From contig CAZWUI010000001.1 in assembly GCA_964637515.1 (NCBI GenBank), positions 121,019 to 185,018 of the forward strand: a stretch of 64,000 bases of DNA, given 5' to 3'. Source of the DNA: an uncultured Bacteroidaceae bacterium. Lineage in GTDB: Bacteria; Bacillota; Clostridia; Christensenellales; CAG-917. Positions 29,478-37,762 of the stretch are shown here, piece after piece. Position numbers and translations under genes: made by a program. The stretch's first letter is position 1; each line of letters begins with the position of its first letter. The notes beneath the pieces are model-generated. The model worked only from the letters and a program-made list of their open reading frames with translations. It did not search any database and was not told the DNA's origin.

Positions 29478-29506
29478 TTGACTAATTGCTATTTATAATA
29501 TATACT
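29478..29506 (+). promoter_or_regulatory. Sigma-A promoter of the transketolase operon
   Basis: TTGACT-17-TATACT; AACTAT-TAT-ATAGTT palindrome just downstream. Confidence 0.7.
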
Positions 29507-29564
29507 TAAACTGTAAACTATTATATAGTTAGCAAAAAAGGAAAATTATGTAGGAGGGCTAAAA

Positions 29565-30425
29565 ATGCCAAACAACAACGTCACTATTGACCAATTGAAA
29601 GCAAAGGCGAAAGAACTGCGTATCAACATCATTGAAACCACGTTCAACGCCACGTCCGGTCACATCGGCGGATCGCTTTCTGCAGCGGATATGCTTGTTG
29701 CTCTCTACTTCAAATACTTGAACGTAGATCCCAAGAATCCCGATATGCTTGAAAGAGACCGCTTCATTATGTCCAAAGGTCACTGCGCACTCGGATACGT
29801 TCCCTGTCTTGCTATGAGAGGCTACCTTGATATCGAAGAAGTCAAGACCAAATTCAACAAGACCGGTTCCGCATACGGCATGCACCCGGACAGCAAGAAG
29901 ATCAAAGGCTGCGACGCATCCACCGGTTCTCTCGGCCACGGACTTCCTATGGCAGTCGGTATGTTGCTCGGACTCAAGCTCAAGAACGTCGACAGCAAAG
30001 TCGTAGTTATGACCGGCGACGGCGAATGCCAAGAAGGCTCCAACTGGGAAGCAGCAATGGCAGCAGCACACTTCAAACTCAAAAACCTCATCTGGATTAT
30101 CGACCGCAACAAACTCGAAATCGACGGACCCACCGAAGAAGTTATGGGACTCGAACCCCTTGACAAGAAAGTGGAAGCGTTCGGCTTCAAGTGCATCAAG
30201 TGCAACGGTAACGATATGGCAGACGTCGACAGAGCACTCGCGGAAGCATGGGCAGGCGCAGATCGTCCTATCTGCATCATCTCCAGCACCACCAAGGGCG
30301 CAGGCGTCCCCGATTATCAAGGAAAAGTCACCAGCCACTACATCTCGTTTGGCGACAACCACAAAGATCTCGAGCCGATCATTGATTACATCAACAAGAC
30401 CGACTCCGCAGACTTCATGAAATAA
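29565..30425 (+). CDS. Transketolase, N-terminal (TPP-binding) subunit
   Basis: SGHIGGSLS, RDRFIMSKGH, STGSLGHG, GDGE..EG..WEA, IDRN. Confidence 0.95.
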   Translation: MPNNNVTIDQLKAKAKELRINIIETTFNATSGHIGGSLSAADMLVALYFKYLNVDPKNPDMLERDRFIMSKGHCALGYVPCLAMRGYLDIEEVKTKFNKTGSAYGMHPDSKKIKGCDASTGSLGHGLPMAVGMLLGLKLKNVDSKVVVMTGDGECQEGSNWEAAMAAAHFKLKNLIWIIDRNKLEIDGPTEEVMGLEPLDKKVEAFGFKCIKCNGNDMADVDRALAEAWAGADRPICIISSTTKGAGVPDYQGKVTSHYISFGDNHKDLEPIIDYINKTDSADFMK

Positions 30426-30436
30426 GGAGGAACACT

Positions 30437-31438
30437 ATGGGTACTGCATGGAATGCATATGATGCAAACAAAATGTCTGCAGGCAAAGCCTTCGGACAAG
30501 CACTCGCCGAAATCGCGGCAGATGATCCTCGTATCGTTGCTGTAACGGCCGACCTTGCTAAATCAACCAACACCGGCGTGTTCGGTGCACAATATCCCGA
30601 CAGAATGTTCAACGTCGGTATCGCGGAACAAAACCTCTTCGGCGTGGCAGCAGGCCTTGCAAAAGTTGGTTTTATCCCCTTCGCGTCCACTTTCGCAATC
30701 TTCGCATGCCTCCGTGGCGGTGAACAAATCAGAACTGACTGCGCATATCAAAAACTCCCCGTCAAAGTCATCGCAACTCACGGCGGACTTTCCTTCGGCG
30801 CGGCAGGCACCACCCACCACTGTATCGAAGACTTCGCAATTATGCGCGCTATCCCCAACATGACCGTCGTTATCCCCGCAGACGCATATGAATGCTCCAG
30901 AGCAATCAAAGCCTGCGTCAACGTCAACGGTCCCTTCTATCTCCGCGTCGGCAGAGGTATGGAACCTCTCCTTCACAACAGCGAAGACGAATTCGAATTT
31001 GAAATCGGCAAAGCAATGAAGCTCAAAGACGGCAACGACATCACCATCATCGCATGCGGCGTTCCTACTCGTGACGCTCTCATCGCAGGTGAAATGCTCG
31101 AAGAACAAGGCGTGTCTGCTCAAGTTATCAACATGCACACCTTGAAACCCGTCGACAAAGAAGCAATCGTCGAAGCGGCAGTCAAGACTCGTCGTATCGT
31201 CACCGTTGAAGAACACAACATCATCGGCGGCCTCGGCGATGCAGTTGCGGCAACTCTCGCAGAAAGCGGCAAGAGATGCATCCTCACCAAGATCGGTATC
31301 CCCGATGAATACGGTCCTATCGGTAAACCCGAAGATTTGTATGCAATGTACAAACTTTCCAGCCAAGGCATCATGGAAACCGTTATGGAACTCATGGGCA
31401 AGGAAATCGAAGAAGACGATTGGACTGACGAAGACTAA
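30437..31438 (+). CDS. Transketolase, C-terminal subunit
   Basis: NVGIAEQN, EQIR, GTTHH, YLRVGR, EEHNIIGGLG. Confidence 0.95.
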   Translation: MGTAWNAYDANKMSAGKAFGQALAEIAADDPRIVAVTADLAKSTNTGVFGAQYPDRMFNVGIAEQNLFGVAAGLAKVGFIPFASTFAIFACLRGGEQIRTDCAYQKLPVKVIATHGGLSFGAAGTTHHCIEDFAIMRAIPNMTVVIPADAYECSRAIKACVNVNGPFYLRVGRGMEPLLHNSEDEFEFEIGKAMKLKDGNDITIIACGVPTRDALIAGEMLEEQGVSAQVINMHTLKPVDKEAIVEAAVKTRRIVTVEEHNIIGGLGDAVAATLAESGKRCILTKIGIPDEYGPIGKPEDLYAMYKLSSQGIMETVMELMGKEIEEDDWTDED

Positions 31439-31450
31439 TGGAGGTGTAGT

Positions 31451-32368
31451 ATGAAAGCAAGCGAACAAGATGTCTTGACTACACAGATATATTTCCAAGC
31501 GGCGTTCCCCGCCCTTCGCGTCCCCCTCGAAGAAGACCCCAAACAAGTCAAAGCTTTCGAGAAAATCAACGCGGTAGTCGAATTCCGTGCGGCGGATGAC
31601 GAACACCCTCTCGCCTGCTACATCGTCTTCCTCACCGAAGATATGGCGGCACAATCCAAAGAAGGCAAACGCTTCAAAGTCTATCAAGGCGAATACCCCG
31701 GCTTCATCGAAATGGCAGACGGCAGCAAGTACGAAGGTCTCAAAGTCACCAAAATGTACTTCAAATCCATCAAGAGCCTTCTCGGTGTCTTCAAAGGTAA
31801 CTCCCCTCTCGAAATGCTCGGCATCGTCGCTCCCCTTCTCAAGAACATTGCGAAGCCCGCGACTCTCAAATTCCTCTTCCTCATGCTCACGCTGATGAAG
31901 ACCATGCCGAACTTCGTCCCCGAAGCGGATCAACCTTGGGAACAATATCTCAAAGTCAAATTGTCCCTCTACCTCATCACCAGAGCACTTTCCGTAGCAA
32001 ACAAGCTCGGTTGGCCCACCATGAGCGATTGGACGTTGAAACAACCCGATAGAACCTATCTCTTCGAGGTCGGTCCTACCAAAGATAAAGACGGCAACGA
32101 AATCTATCCTGCTATCTACGCAAGCCTCCGCGTCAAAAACGGAAACACCAAATCGGGCAAGAAGAACGTCAAGTACCCCTTCGTTCTCTTCAAATTCCCC
32201 ACTCCCGACGATTGTATCGCTGTTCTCACCGACAAATACGGTTTCGTTGGAGCAGTTGAAAGAGGTTGCGTGCAAATCGTTGGCGCAGGCGACAGCTATG
32301 CAGTTCAATTCAACAGCATCATGACCACCTGCCAAAACATGCTCGTTCCGTCCAAACTTGTCAAGTAA
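31451..32368 (+). CDS. Hypothetical protein, probable tandem SCP2-like lipid-binding domains
   Basis: C-terminal RVKNG...PFVLFKF..DDCIAVL...GAVERGCVQIVG resembles SCP2; same architecture as 33913-34683. Confidence 0.6.
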   Translation: MKASEQDVLTTQIYFQAAFPALRVPLEEDPKQVKAFEKINAVVEFRAADDEHPLACYIVFLTEDMAAQSKEGKRFKVYQGEYPGFIEMADGSKYEGLKVTKMYFKSIKSLLGVFKGNSPLEMLGIVAPLLKNIAKPATLKFLFLMLTLMKTMPNFVPEADQPWEQYLKVKLSLYLITRALSVANKLGWPTMSDWTLKQPDRTYLFEVGPTKDKDGNEIYPAIYASLRVKNGNTKSGKKNVKYPFVLFKFPTPDDCIAVLTDKYGFVGAVERGCVQIVGAGDSYAVQFNSIMTTCQNMLVPSKLVK

Positions 32369-32381
32369 GACAAACGACAAC

Positions 32382-32412
32382 AAAAAGCACCGTCCGTTTG
32401 GACGGTGTTTTT
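32382..32412 (+). terminator. Intrinsic terminator
   Basis: AAAAAGCACCGTCC-GTTT-GGACGGTGTTTTT. Confidence 0.85.
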
Positions 32413-32446
32413 ATTTACGCTGATTGAAGTGTGTACGCACTATACT

Positions 32447-32486
32447 TCATTCCGAGCGAACCGTGGGAATCTCCGGGGACGGTGCC
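32447..32486 (+). repeat. REP-like repeat, copy 2
   Basis: TCATTCCGAGCGAACCGTGGGAATCTCCGGGGACGGTGCC. Confidence 0.8.
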
Positions 32487-32564
32487 ATACGTTAAAACTT
32501 CTCTTGTTTCAAAGCAAGTGCTTATATAAGAACGCTCGCTCAAAGCATAGCGCTAGTATATCAT

Positions 32565-32596
32565 AAAAAAAAGCACTCCATGTGGAGTGCTTTTTT
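32565..32596 (-). terminator. Terminator of the aminotransferase operon
   Basis: AAAAAAGCACTCCA-TG-TGGAGTGCTTTTTT. Confidence 0.85.
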
Positions 32597-32611
32597 ATCA
32601 TTTCTCTTTCA

Positions 32612-33901
32612 TTATTTAATGAAGTTCGCGTTGGGGTGTGCCGCTTTGACGATCTTGTATGCTTCGTCTGCAACTTCCCAAGTGTATTGGATGTCTTCGT
32701 CGCTGATTGCGGAGTTGACGAAGTGGTTGTGGTGGGAAGTGAAGAATACACCGCGTTTGACGCATTCCGCAACCCATTCTTGATGGAGAATGGTGGAGGG
32801 GAAGTCATTCTTCAAGCGGAGATAGAACATGCCGGGTTCGCCGGTGACGGACAAATCGAAGCCGTTGTCTTTTGCGATTTCTTTGAGGCCGTCGGTGAGC
32901 TTCTTGCCTTTCTTCGCGTTTTCTTCGGTTGCATTGATTGCTTTTGCTTTGTTGAGCGTTGCGATACCTGCTGCGAAAGGAACAGCGGAGAGCCAGTAGC
33001 TGCCGGTGTATGCGATGTCGGACGTTGCGTTGAGAAGGTGTTTCTTACCGCAGAGGCAGGACACGTTGTAGCCGTTTGCGATTGCTTTGCAGTAGCAAGC
33101 GATATCGGGTTGGAAACCGTACTTGTGTGCGGAGCCTTGGAAGTCGATACGGAAGCCTGCGCGGACGTCGTCGATGATGAGAACTACGCCGTACTTGTCG
33201 CAGATTTGGCGAATCTTTTGCCAGTAGCCTTCTTCGGGAAGCACGTTGTCGGTGAAGTTGCCGTGCATGTAAGGCGTGGAGATGAAGCCTGCGATTTGGC
33301 CGGGGTATTTTTGGCAGAGTGCTTCGAATTGTTCAGGATGGTTCCAATCGATATAGAGGTTGTTGACGAGGTCTTCTTCGGTGACACCGCTATATCCGAG
33401 TTTTTGCATCCAAGGAGCAACGCCGTGATAGTAGCCTTTGGTGAGGACGATTTTTTTGCGATGGGTGTATGCACGAGCGATCATGACTGCGAATTGAGTT
33501 GCATCGCCGCCGTTCTTTGCGAAGAACGCCCAGTCTGCCATTTCGATGGTTTCGCACATTTTTTCTGCGAAGTCGATAGTGACGTCGGAGATGAGAGTGG
33601 TGCAATCGCCTTTCTTTCTTTGTTCTGCCGCTGCCGCGTCTACGTCGGGATCGTTGTAGCCGAGATAGTTGGGGCCGTATGCGCACATCCAGTCGATGAT
33701 GCGGTTGCCGTCGACGTCATAGATATATGCGCCTTTTGCGTGGGACATATAAAGCGGATAGCTTTGGACGGGGATCATACAACCTTCGGACGGACCAAGG
33801 TGACCGTATATACCTGCGGGAATGACGTTCAACGCACGTTTGAAGGTTTCTTGGCTTTTTGTTACGTCTATAACTTTTTTAGGTTCGTAAATAAGATTCA
33901 T
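32612..33901 (-). CDS. Class-III PLP aminotransferase (HemL/GSA-AM-like subfamily)
   Basis: AKGAYIYDVDGN..ID...YGP..LG, YHG, LIIDDVRAGFR, PDIACYCKAIANG (PLP Lys). Confidence 0.92.
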   Translation of the reverse strand: MNLIYEPKKVIDVTKSQETFKRALNVIPAGIYGHLGPSEGCMIPVQSYPLYMSHAKGAYIYDVDGNRIIDWMCAYGPNYLGYNDPDVDAAAAEQRKKGDCTTLISDVTIDFAEKMCETIEMADWAFFAKNGGDATQFAVMIARAYTHRKKIVLTKGYYHGVAPWMQKLGYSGVTEEDLVNNLYIDWNHPEQFEALCQKYPGQIAGFISTPYMHGNFTDNVLPEEGYWQKIRQICDKYGVVLIIDDVRAGFRIDFQGSAHKYGFQPDIACYCKAIANGYNVSCLCGKKHLLNATSDIAYTGSYWLSAVPFAAGIATLNKAKAINATEENAKKGKKLTDGLKEIAKDNGFDLSVTGEPGMFYLRLKNDFPSTILHQEWVAECVKRGVFFTSHHNHFVNSAISDEDIQYTWEVADEAYKIVKAAHPNANFIK

Positions 33902-33912
33902 AATAACACTCC

Positions 33913-34683
33913 TTATGCAAGATATTCGCTGACGACGTTGAGAAGTTTCGCAACTTGTTCAAGCATATCGACTGCGCCGAAGACTGCGAAGTCACCGCTG
34001 CCCATACCGCCGAAGCTGGACGCTTCGCCGTTGAGGATCTTGTGTGCAAATTCGAGGCAAGAGAATCTCATGGTTGCTTTGGGTTCTGCCAAGCTTCCCT
34101 TGGATGCATAGAGTTTGTGATTGCGCACGTTGAAGTTGATTGCGGGACCGGTTTCGCCGATGCAGCAAAGGATAGTACCGTCTTCCATACGGTTTGCGCA
34201 CGCCTTGCCGACGAAGTCGCTGTTTGCGATTTCCGCCATTGCGAAGAATGCGGTGTATGCGGTGAGAATGGTGCTGGTTTCAAAGTAAGCAGGATCCTCA
34301 AGAAGTTTTGCCTTCTCTTCAGGCTTCGGTTGGAGATAGTAGCTCAATCTGTCAGAGAGTTGCATAAACTCTTTGAGCAAGAAACCGACTTTGAATACGT
34401 TGTAGAAAAGCGGAATGGTGTTTTCGCCGTCGACGAGTTTGTTGAAGTGTTCGGGAGAGGTGAAATAGAGTTTCAAAGCGGATTTGCCTTTGCCTCTGGT
34501 GAAGGTGCATTTGCCGTCTTTGAACGCGATCACCGCGCTACCGACTTCGGGAACGTTGAACTCAACCGCGATGGGTTTGATATTCTTCGCTATCTCCTTG
34601 GATACGGGATCCAATTCGCAAAGATCTTCGAGGTTGCGGAGTATCGCAAACAGATTTATCTTTGCTCTAGTGACATTGTCCAT
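33913..34683 (-). CDS. Tandem SCP2-like sterol/lipid-binding domain protein
   Basis: VIAFKDGKCTFTRG..ALKLYF..EHFNKLVDG and PKATMRF...AHKILNG....GMGSGDFAVFG; AAGGAGG SD. Confidence 0.7.
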   Translation of the reverse strand: MDNVTRAKINLFAILRNLEDLCELDPVSKEIAKNIKPIAVEFNVPEVGSAVIAFKDGKCTFTRGKGKSALKLYFTSPEHFNKLVDGENTIPLFYNVFKVGFLLKEFMQLSDRLSYYLQPKPEEKAKLLEDPAYFETSTILTAYTAFFAMAEIANSDFVGKACANRMEDGTILCCIGETGPAINFNVRNHKLYASKGSLAEPKATMRFSCLEFAHKILNGEASSFGGMGSGDFAVFGAVDMLEQVAKLLNVVSEYLA

Positions 34684-34744
34684 AATTTCCTCCTTTATGC
34701 GCAAACGGGTGATCGCCTACGCTACAAATACTATACTATAAATA

Positions 34745-34773
34745 ATAATACAATAAGTTTGGAGATATGTCAA
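34745..34773 (-). promoter_or_regulatory. Sigma-A promoter of the SCP2-aminotransferase operon
   Basis: TTGACA-17-TATTAT. Confidence 0.7.
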
Positions 34774-34856
34774 TAGTTAACTTTTTCTAAAAAAGTGTAA
34801 AATAACAAACATTTTTCAAAAAAATGATGAAAAACGAGAAAGCGCCCTCTGTCCCC

Positions 34857-34903
34857 CTGTCATTGCGAGGAGCAATGCGACGAGGCAATCTCTCGGGAGC
34901 ACG
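34857..34903 (+). repeat. REP-like repeat, copy 3
   Basis: CTGTCATTGCGAGGAGCAATGCGACGAGGCAATCTCTCGGGAGCACG. Confidence 0.8.
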
Positions 34904-34914
34904 TCATATGACGG

Positions 34915-34943
34915 AAAAAGCACTGCGTTTTGCAGTGCTTTTT
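34915..34943 (-). terminator. Intrinsic terminator
   Basis: AAAAAGCACTGC-GTTTT-GCAGTGCTTTTT. Confidence 0.8.
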
Positions 34944-34971
34944 GTAATCTAACAAAAAATTCTCTCGTTTC

Positions 34972-36150
34972 TTACAATTGTTGGTCGCCGAACGAGATGT
35001 ACCCTTTCTTGCGCATAAATTCGGATACACCGAGAGATACGACCGTGGGTATCACAAACATGGTGAGGATTATCGCAAGAGCAATTTGCCAAGCGGGGAT
35101 GAAGCCCGTCGATGCGTCTATCGCACCGAAAACGCCGACGAGTCCCGACGTGCCCATGCCACCACCCGACGCATTGCAACGGAGTCCCATAAGCACTGCG
35201 ACGAGTCCGCTGAATACGCTTGCGATGATTTCAGGGAGCATGATACGCGGTTTGCGCATAATGTTGGGGATTTGGAGCATTGAAGTGCCGATACCCTGCG
35301 AGATAAGTCCGCTTACGCCGTTTTCGCGGAAACTTGCCACCGCAAAACCTACCATATGTGCGGCACAACCTGCGACCGCCGCTCCGCCTGCGATAGCGAG
35401 AGCGTCTGCGTATTCCACGGGGACCGCCGCCGCAACGGAAATCCAAATTGCCGCGGATGACGTGGGCATCGTGAGCAAAATTCCCATGATGACGGACACG
35501 AAAATCCCAACGATAATTTTGACCGCCACGCCCGCTTGAATGGCAAGTGCGATACCTATTCCGAGAAGCTCGATAAGGCGAATAAACGGCCATGCGATGA
35601 AGATACCGCCCAAAGACAAAAGCATCATCCCAAGAGGGATCAATATTATATCTAACTTGGTTTTTCCGGCATATAAACCTGCGATTTCTACGGTGAAGAC
35701 CGCAACGACGTAAGAGCCGATAGGATTGCCGGGCGCACCGAAAGTGAGCGCAAATGCAGTGTCCGATACCATTGAATTGACGAGATTGCCCGCAAATGCG
35801 CCTATCATACCCGTCACACCCGCGGTGAATATCACGAGCGGTTTTGCGCCGAGTTTATTCGCAATACCAATGCCGATTCCTGCGCCCATGAGCATTTTCG
35901 CTATGTTTGCGATATAGCCCAAAACGTGTGCAAACGAGTTGTCTCCGCACCAAGACGCTATCTGCGCAAGTATGGTGCCTGCGATAAGGGTGCAGAAAAG
36001 CCCTTGCGCCATTCCCGTGAATGCGTCGATAAAATATCTTTTGAACACTTTTTTGAGTTTTTGTGAAAGAGTAAGCGGGGCGTTTGAATCGGTTAGATAG
36101 CCCAAAACCCCCTTTTGTTCCGTTTCTTCGTTAAGTTTGTTTTGCTCCAA
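34972..36150 (-). CDS. PTS EIIC-like (PfoR/PTS_EIIC_2) membrane protein
   Basis: GMAQGLF..LIAG, PTSSAAI, MVGFAVASF.EN..GLISQGIGTSMLQ.PNI, GMGTSGLVG. Confidence 0.88.
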   Translation of the reverse strand: MEQNKLNEETEQKGVLGYLTDSNAPLTLSQKLKKVFKRYFIDAFTGMAQGLFCTLIAGTILAQIASWCGDNSFAHVLGYIANIAKMLMGAGIGIGIANKLGAKPLVIFTAGVTGMIGAFAGNLVNSMVSDTAFALTFGAPGNPIGSYVVAVFTVEIAGLYAGKTKLDIILIPLGMMLLSLGGIFIAWPFIRLIELLGIGIALAIQAGVAVKIIVGIFVSVIMGILLTMPTSSAAIWISVAAAVPVEYADALAIAGGAAVAGCAAHMVGFAVASFRENGVSGLISQGIGTSMLQIPNIMRKPRIMLPEIIASVFSGLVAVLMGLRCNASGGGMGTSGLVGVFGAIDASTGFIPAWQIALAIILTMFVIPTVVSLGVSEFMRKKGYISFGDQQL

Positions 36151-37408
36151 AATCGTCCTCCATGAGTAAAGACGCAGCGGTCACGCTCAGCGAAAATAGC
36201 CGTTCGATATCCTCTCTGCGGACGACTTCCGCACTTGCATCGAAGTCCTTTGCAAATACGGTAGCCGAAGAAACGTTTGACTTGGAAAATGAGTTTGATA
36301 CAAAGCCGTGTAAACAGCCGATTTTGTCTTTTATGGTTGAGTTGCGTTTCACCACCACTGGGATATTCTGCAACTCCGCCGAGCGCACGAGCGCACTTCT
36401 GACGGTTTCGGACGTTTTGATATTGCGCAAACCGTCGTTTTCGGGAATGGTGAAATCTCCGCCGACCACTTCCCCTATCGTAATGACTTGTGCGTTTTCA
36501 AATTCGGGGTGAGCGTTGACGAATGCACGACTTCCGCCGTGTGCGGAATTTTCTCCGCCAAACGATGCGAATACGAGTCGCACGTCATCGGGGAGCAAAT
36601 GCGGATTTTCCGCAAAATATGCAAACGTCGCAAGCGCAACCGAAGTCGCCATTCCGCCGTTATCGCGCACGTATTTCGGGGAGCGAGAGTAGAAAGTCGC
36701 AAGCATCGATATTCCCGTCGCAGACGAAAATCCGCATATCACGATGAAGGAAGTCGTCTTTGCAACGGTGTCTATGCCAATTGCCATTCTCAATACGGCA
36801 AACAATACAAACATAGCAAGAGAGATAGGCACGACTGCAAGCACGACTTTTCTCAACTTGTCGAAGTCGGTAACACGCGCGCCGTAGACGTTGTCGTGCC
36901 CTGCGGCGATGATTAAGGTGCGCTCCTTGCCCTTTTCACATACGCTGGGACAACGCTCGCTAACGACGTTGTAGGACACTTTGACGGGGAGCAACTTCTC
37001 AAGCCGTCCGCCCATTCCGAAGAATAGCGCGCCAAACACCACCACCCCCGCTATAAACAGCACGAGAGATACGAGAGTGATGATTATTCCGCCTATGCCG
37101 TCGCACGCAAAGGAAAGAAGATATAGCACCAAACAAAGCGCATACCACCCTGCGAGCAAAATCGCACTCCCCCTGCCTGCAAGGGGACGAGATTTGTACG
37201 CTTCAAGGCGCACGTTGGCATCCGTTTCGGCATGCAAACGGTCGCGAATAAGACGCGCAGTCGCGGTTTCTTCCTTCGTGCCGGTGAGCCTTGCCTTGTG
37301 CTCTGCAAGCTCCGCACAAAACTCTTCGGCGAAATCGCACGCATCGACAACGTCTTGCGCACTTGCAAACACGGCATTTTCGGATTTTTTCTGCGTTAAA
37401 TCTTCCAT
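36131..37408 (-). CDS. Membrane M28-peptidase-like protein, probably catalytically degenerate
   Basis: SYNVV, AGHD, DN, GGEN motifs with four TM helices. Confidence 0.65.
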   Translation of the reverse strand: MEDLTQKKSENAVFASAQDVVDACDFAEEFCAELAEHKARLTGTKEETATARLIRDRLHAETDANVRLEAYKSRPLAGRGSAILLAGWYALCLVLYLLSFACDGIGGIIITLVSLVLFIAGVVVFGALFFGMGGRLEKLLPVKVSYNVVSERCPSVCEKGKERTLIIAAGHDNVYGARVTDFDKLRKVVLAVVPISLAMFVLFAVLRMAIGIDTVAKTTSFIVICGFSSATGISMLATFYSRSPKYVRDNGGMATSVALATFAYFAENPHLLPDDVRLVFASFGGENSAHGGSRAFVNAHPEFENAQVITIGEVVGGDFTIPENDGLRNIKTSETVRSALVRSAELQNIPVVVKRNSTIKDKIGCLHGFVSNSFSKSNVSSATVFAKDFDASAEVVRREDIERLFSLSVTAASLLMEDDFGAKQT

Positions 37409-37415
37409 ACGACAC

Positions 37416-37444
37416 ATTATACAACATCCGTCCCGTTATTTCAA
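37416..37444 (-). promoter_or_regulatory. Leaderless sigma-A promoter
   Basis: TTGAAA-17-TATAAT, 7 nt before ATG 37408, no SD. Confidence 0.8.
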
Positions 37445-37494
37445 GTTATTTGAAACGGGATAACAAACTGCTTTCGCAGTTGCTTGGATATGGT

Positions 37495-37603
37495 GTGCTC
37501 CCGCAAGATTCCCACGCTCCGCTCGGAATGGCAAGACAAGCACGTGCCGCCCATTATGTCATTGCGAGGAGCAAAGCAACGTGGCAATCTCCCGGAACGG
37601 CAC
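37495..37603. repeat. Back-to-back pair of REP-like repeats (copies 4 and 5)
   Basis: 37495-37533 on the minus strand (CATTCCGAGCGGAGCGTGGGAATCT); 37557-37603 on the plus strand (GTCATTGCGAGGAGCAAAGCAACGTGGCAATCT). Confidence 0.8.
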
Positions 37604-37713
37604 AATCGTCGCTTTCTTTGAAAGCGAAATAGAGTGAGCGCTCACACCCTAATTATCATATCAACGACAGTTGATATATCATTGTTTCATTCCGGCAATC
37701 TTTACAGAATGAA

Positions 37714-37739
37714 ACAAGCACTCCCGAGGGAGTGCTTGT
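37714..37739 (-). terminator. Terminator of the large lipoprotein gene
   Basis: ACAAGCACTCCC-GA-GGGAGTGCTTGT. Confidence 0.75.
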
Positions 37740-37762
37740 CGTTTGTTTAAGCTATTGTGTGC

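Noticed and set aside
32612-33901. Calling the aminotransferase hemL
   Set aside because: No tetrapyrrole genes nearby, and motifs differ (KNGGDAT, STPY, DDV instead of NSGTEAT, EP, DEV).
25621-37603. Repeats as a CRISPR array
   Set aside because: Dispersed rather than regularly spaced, and no cas genes.
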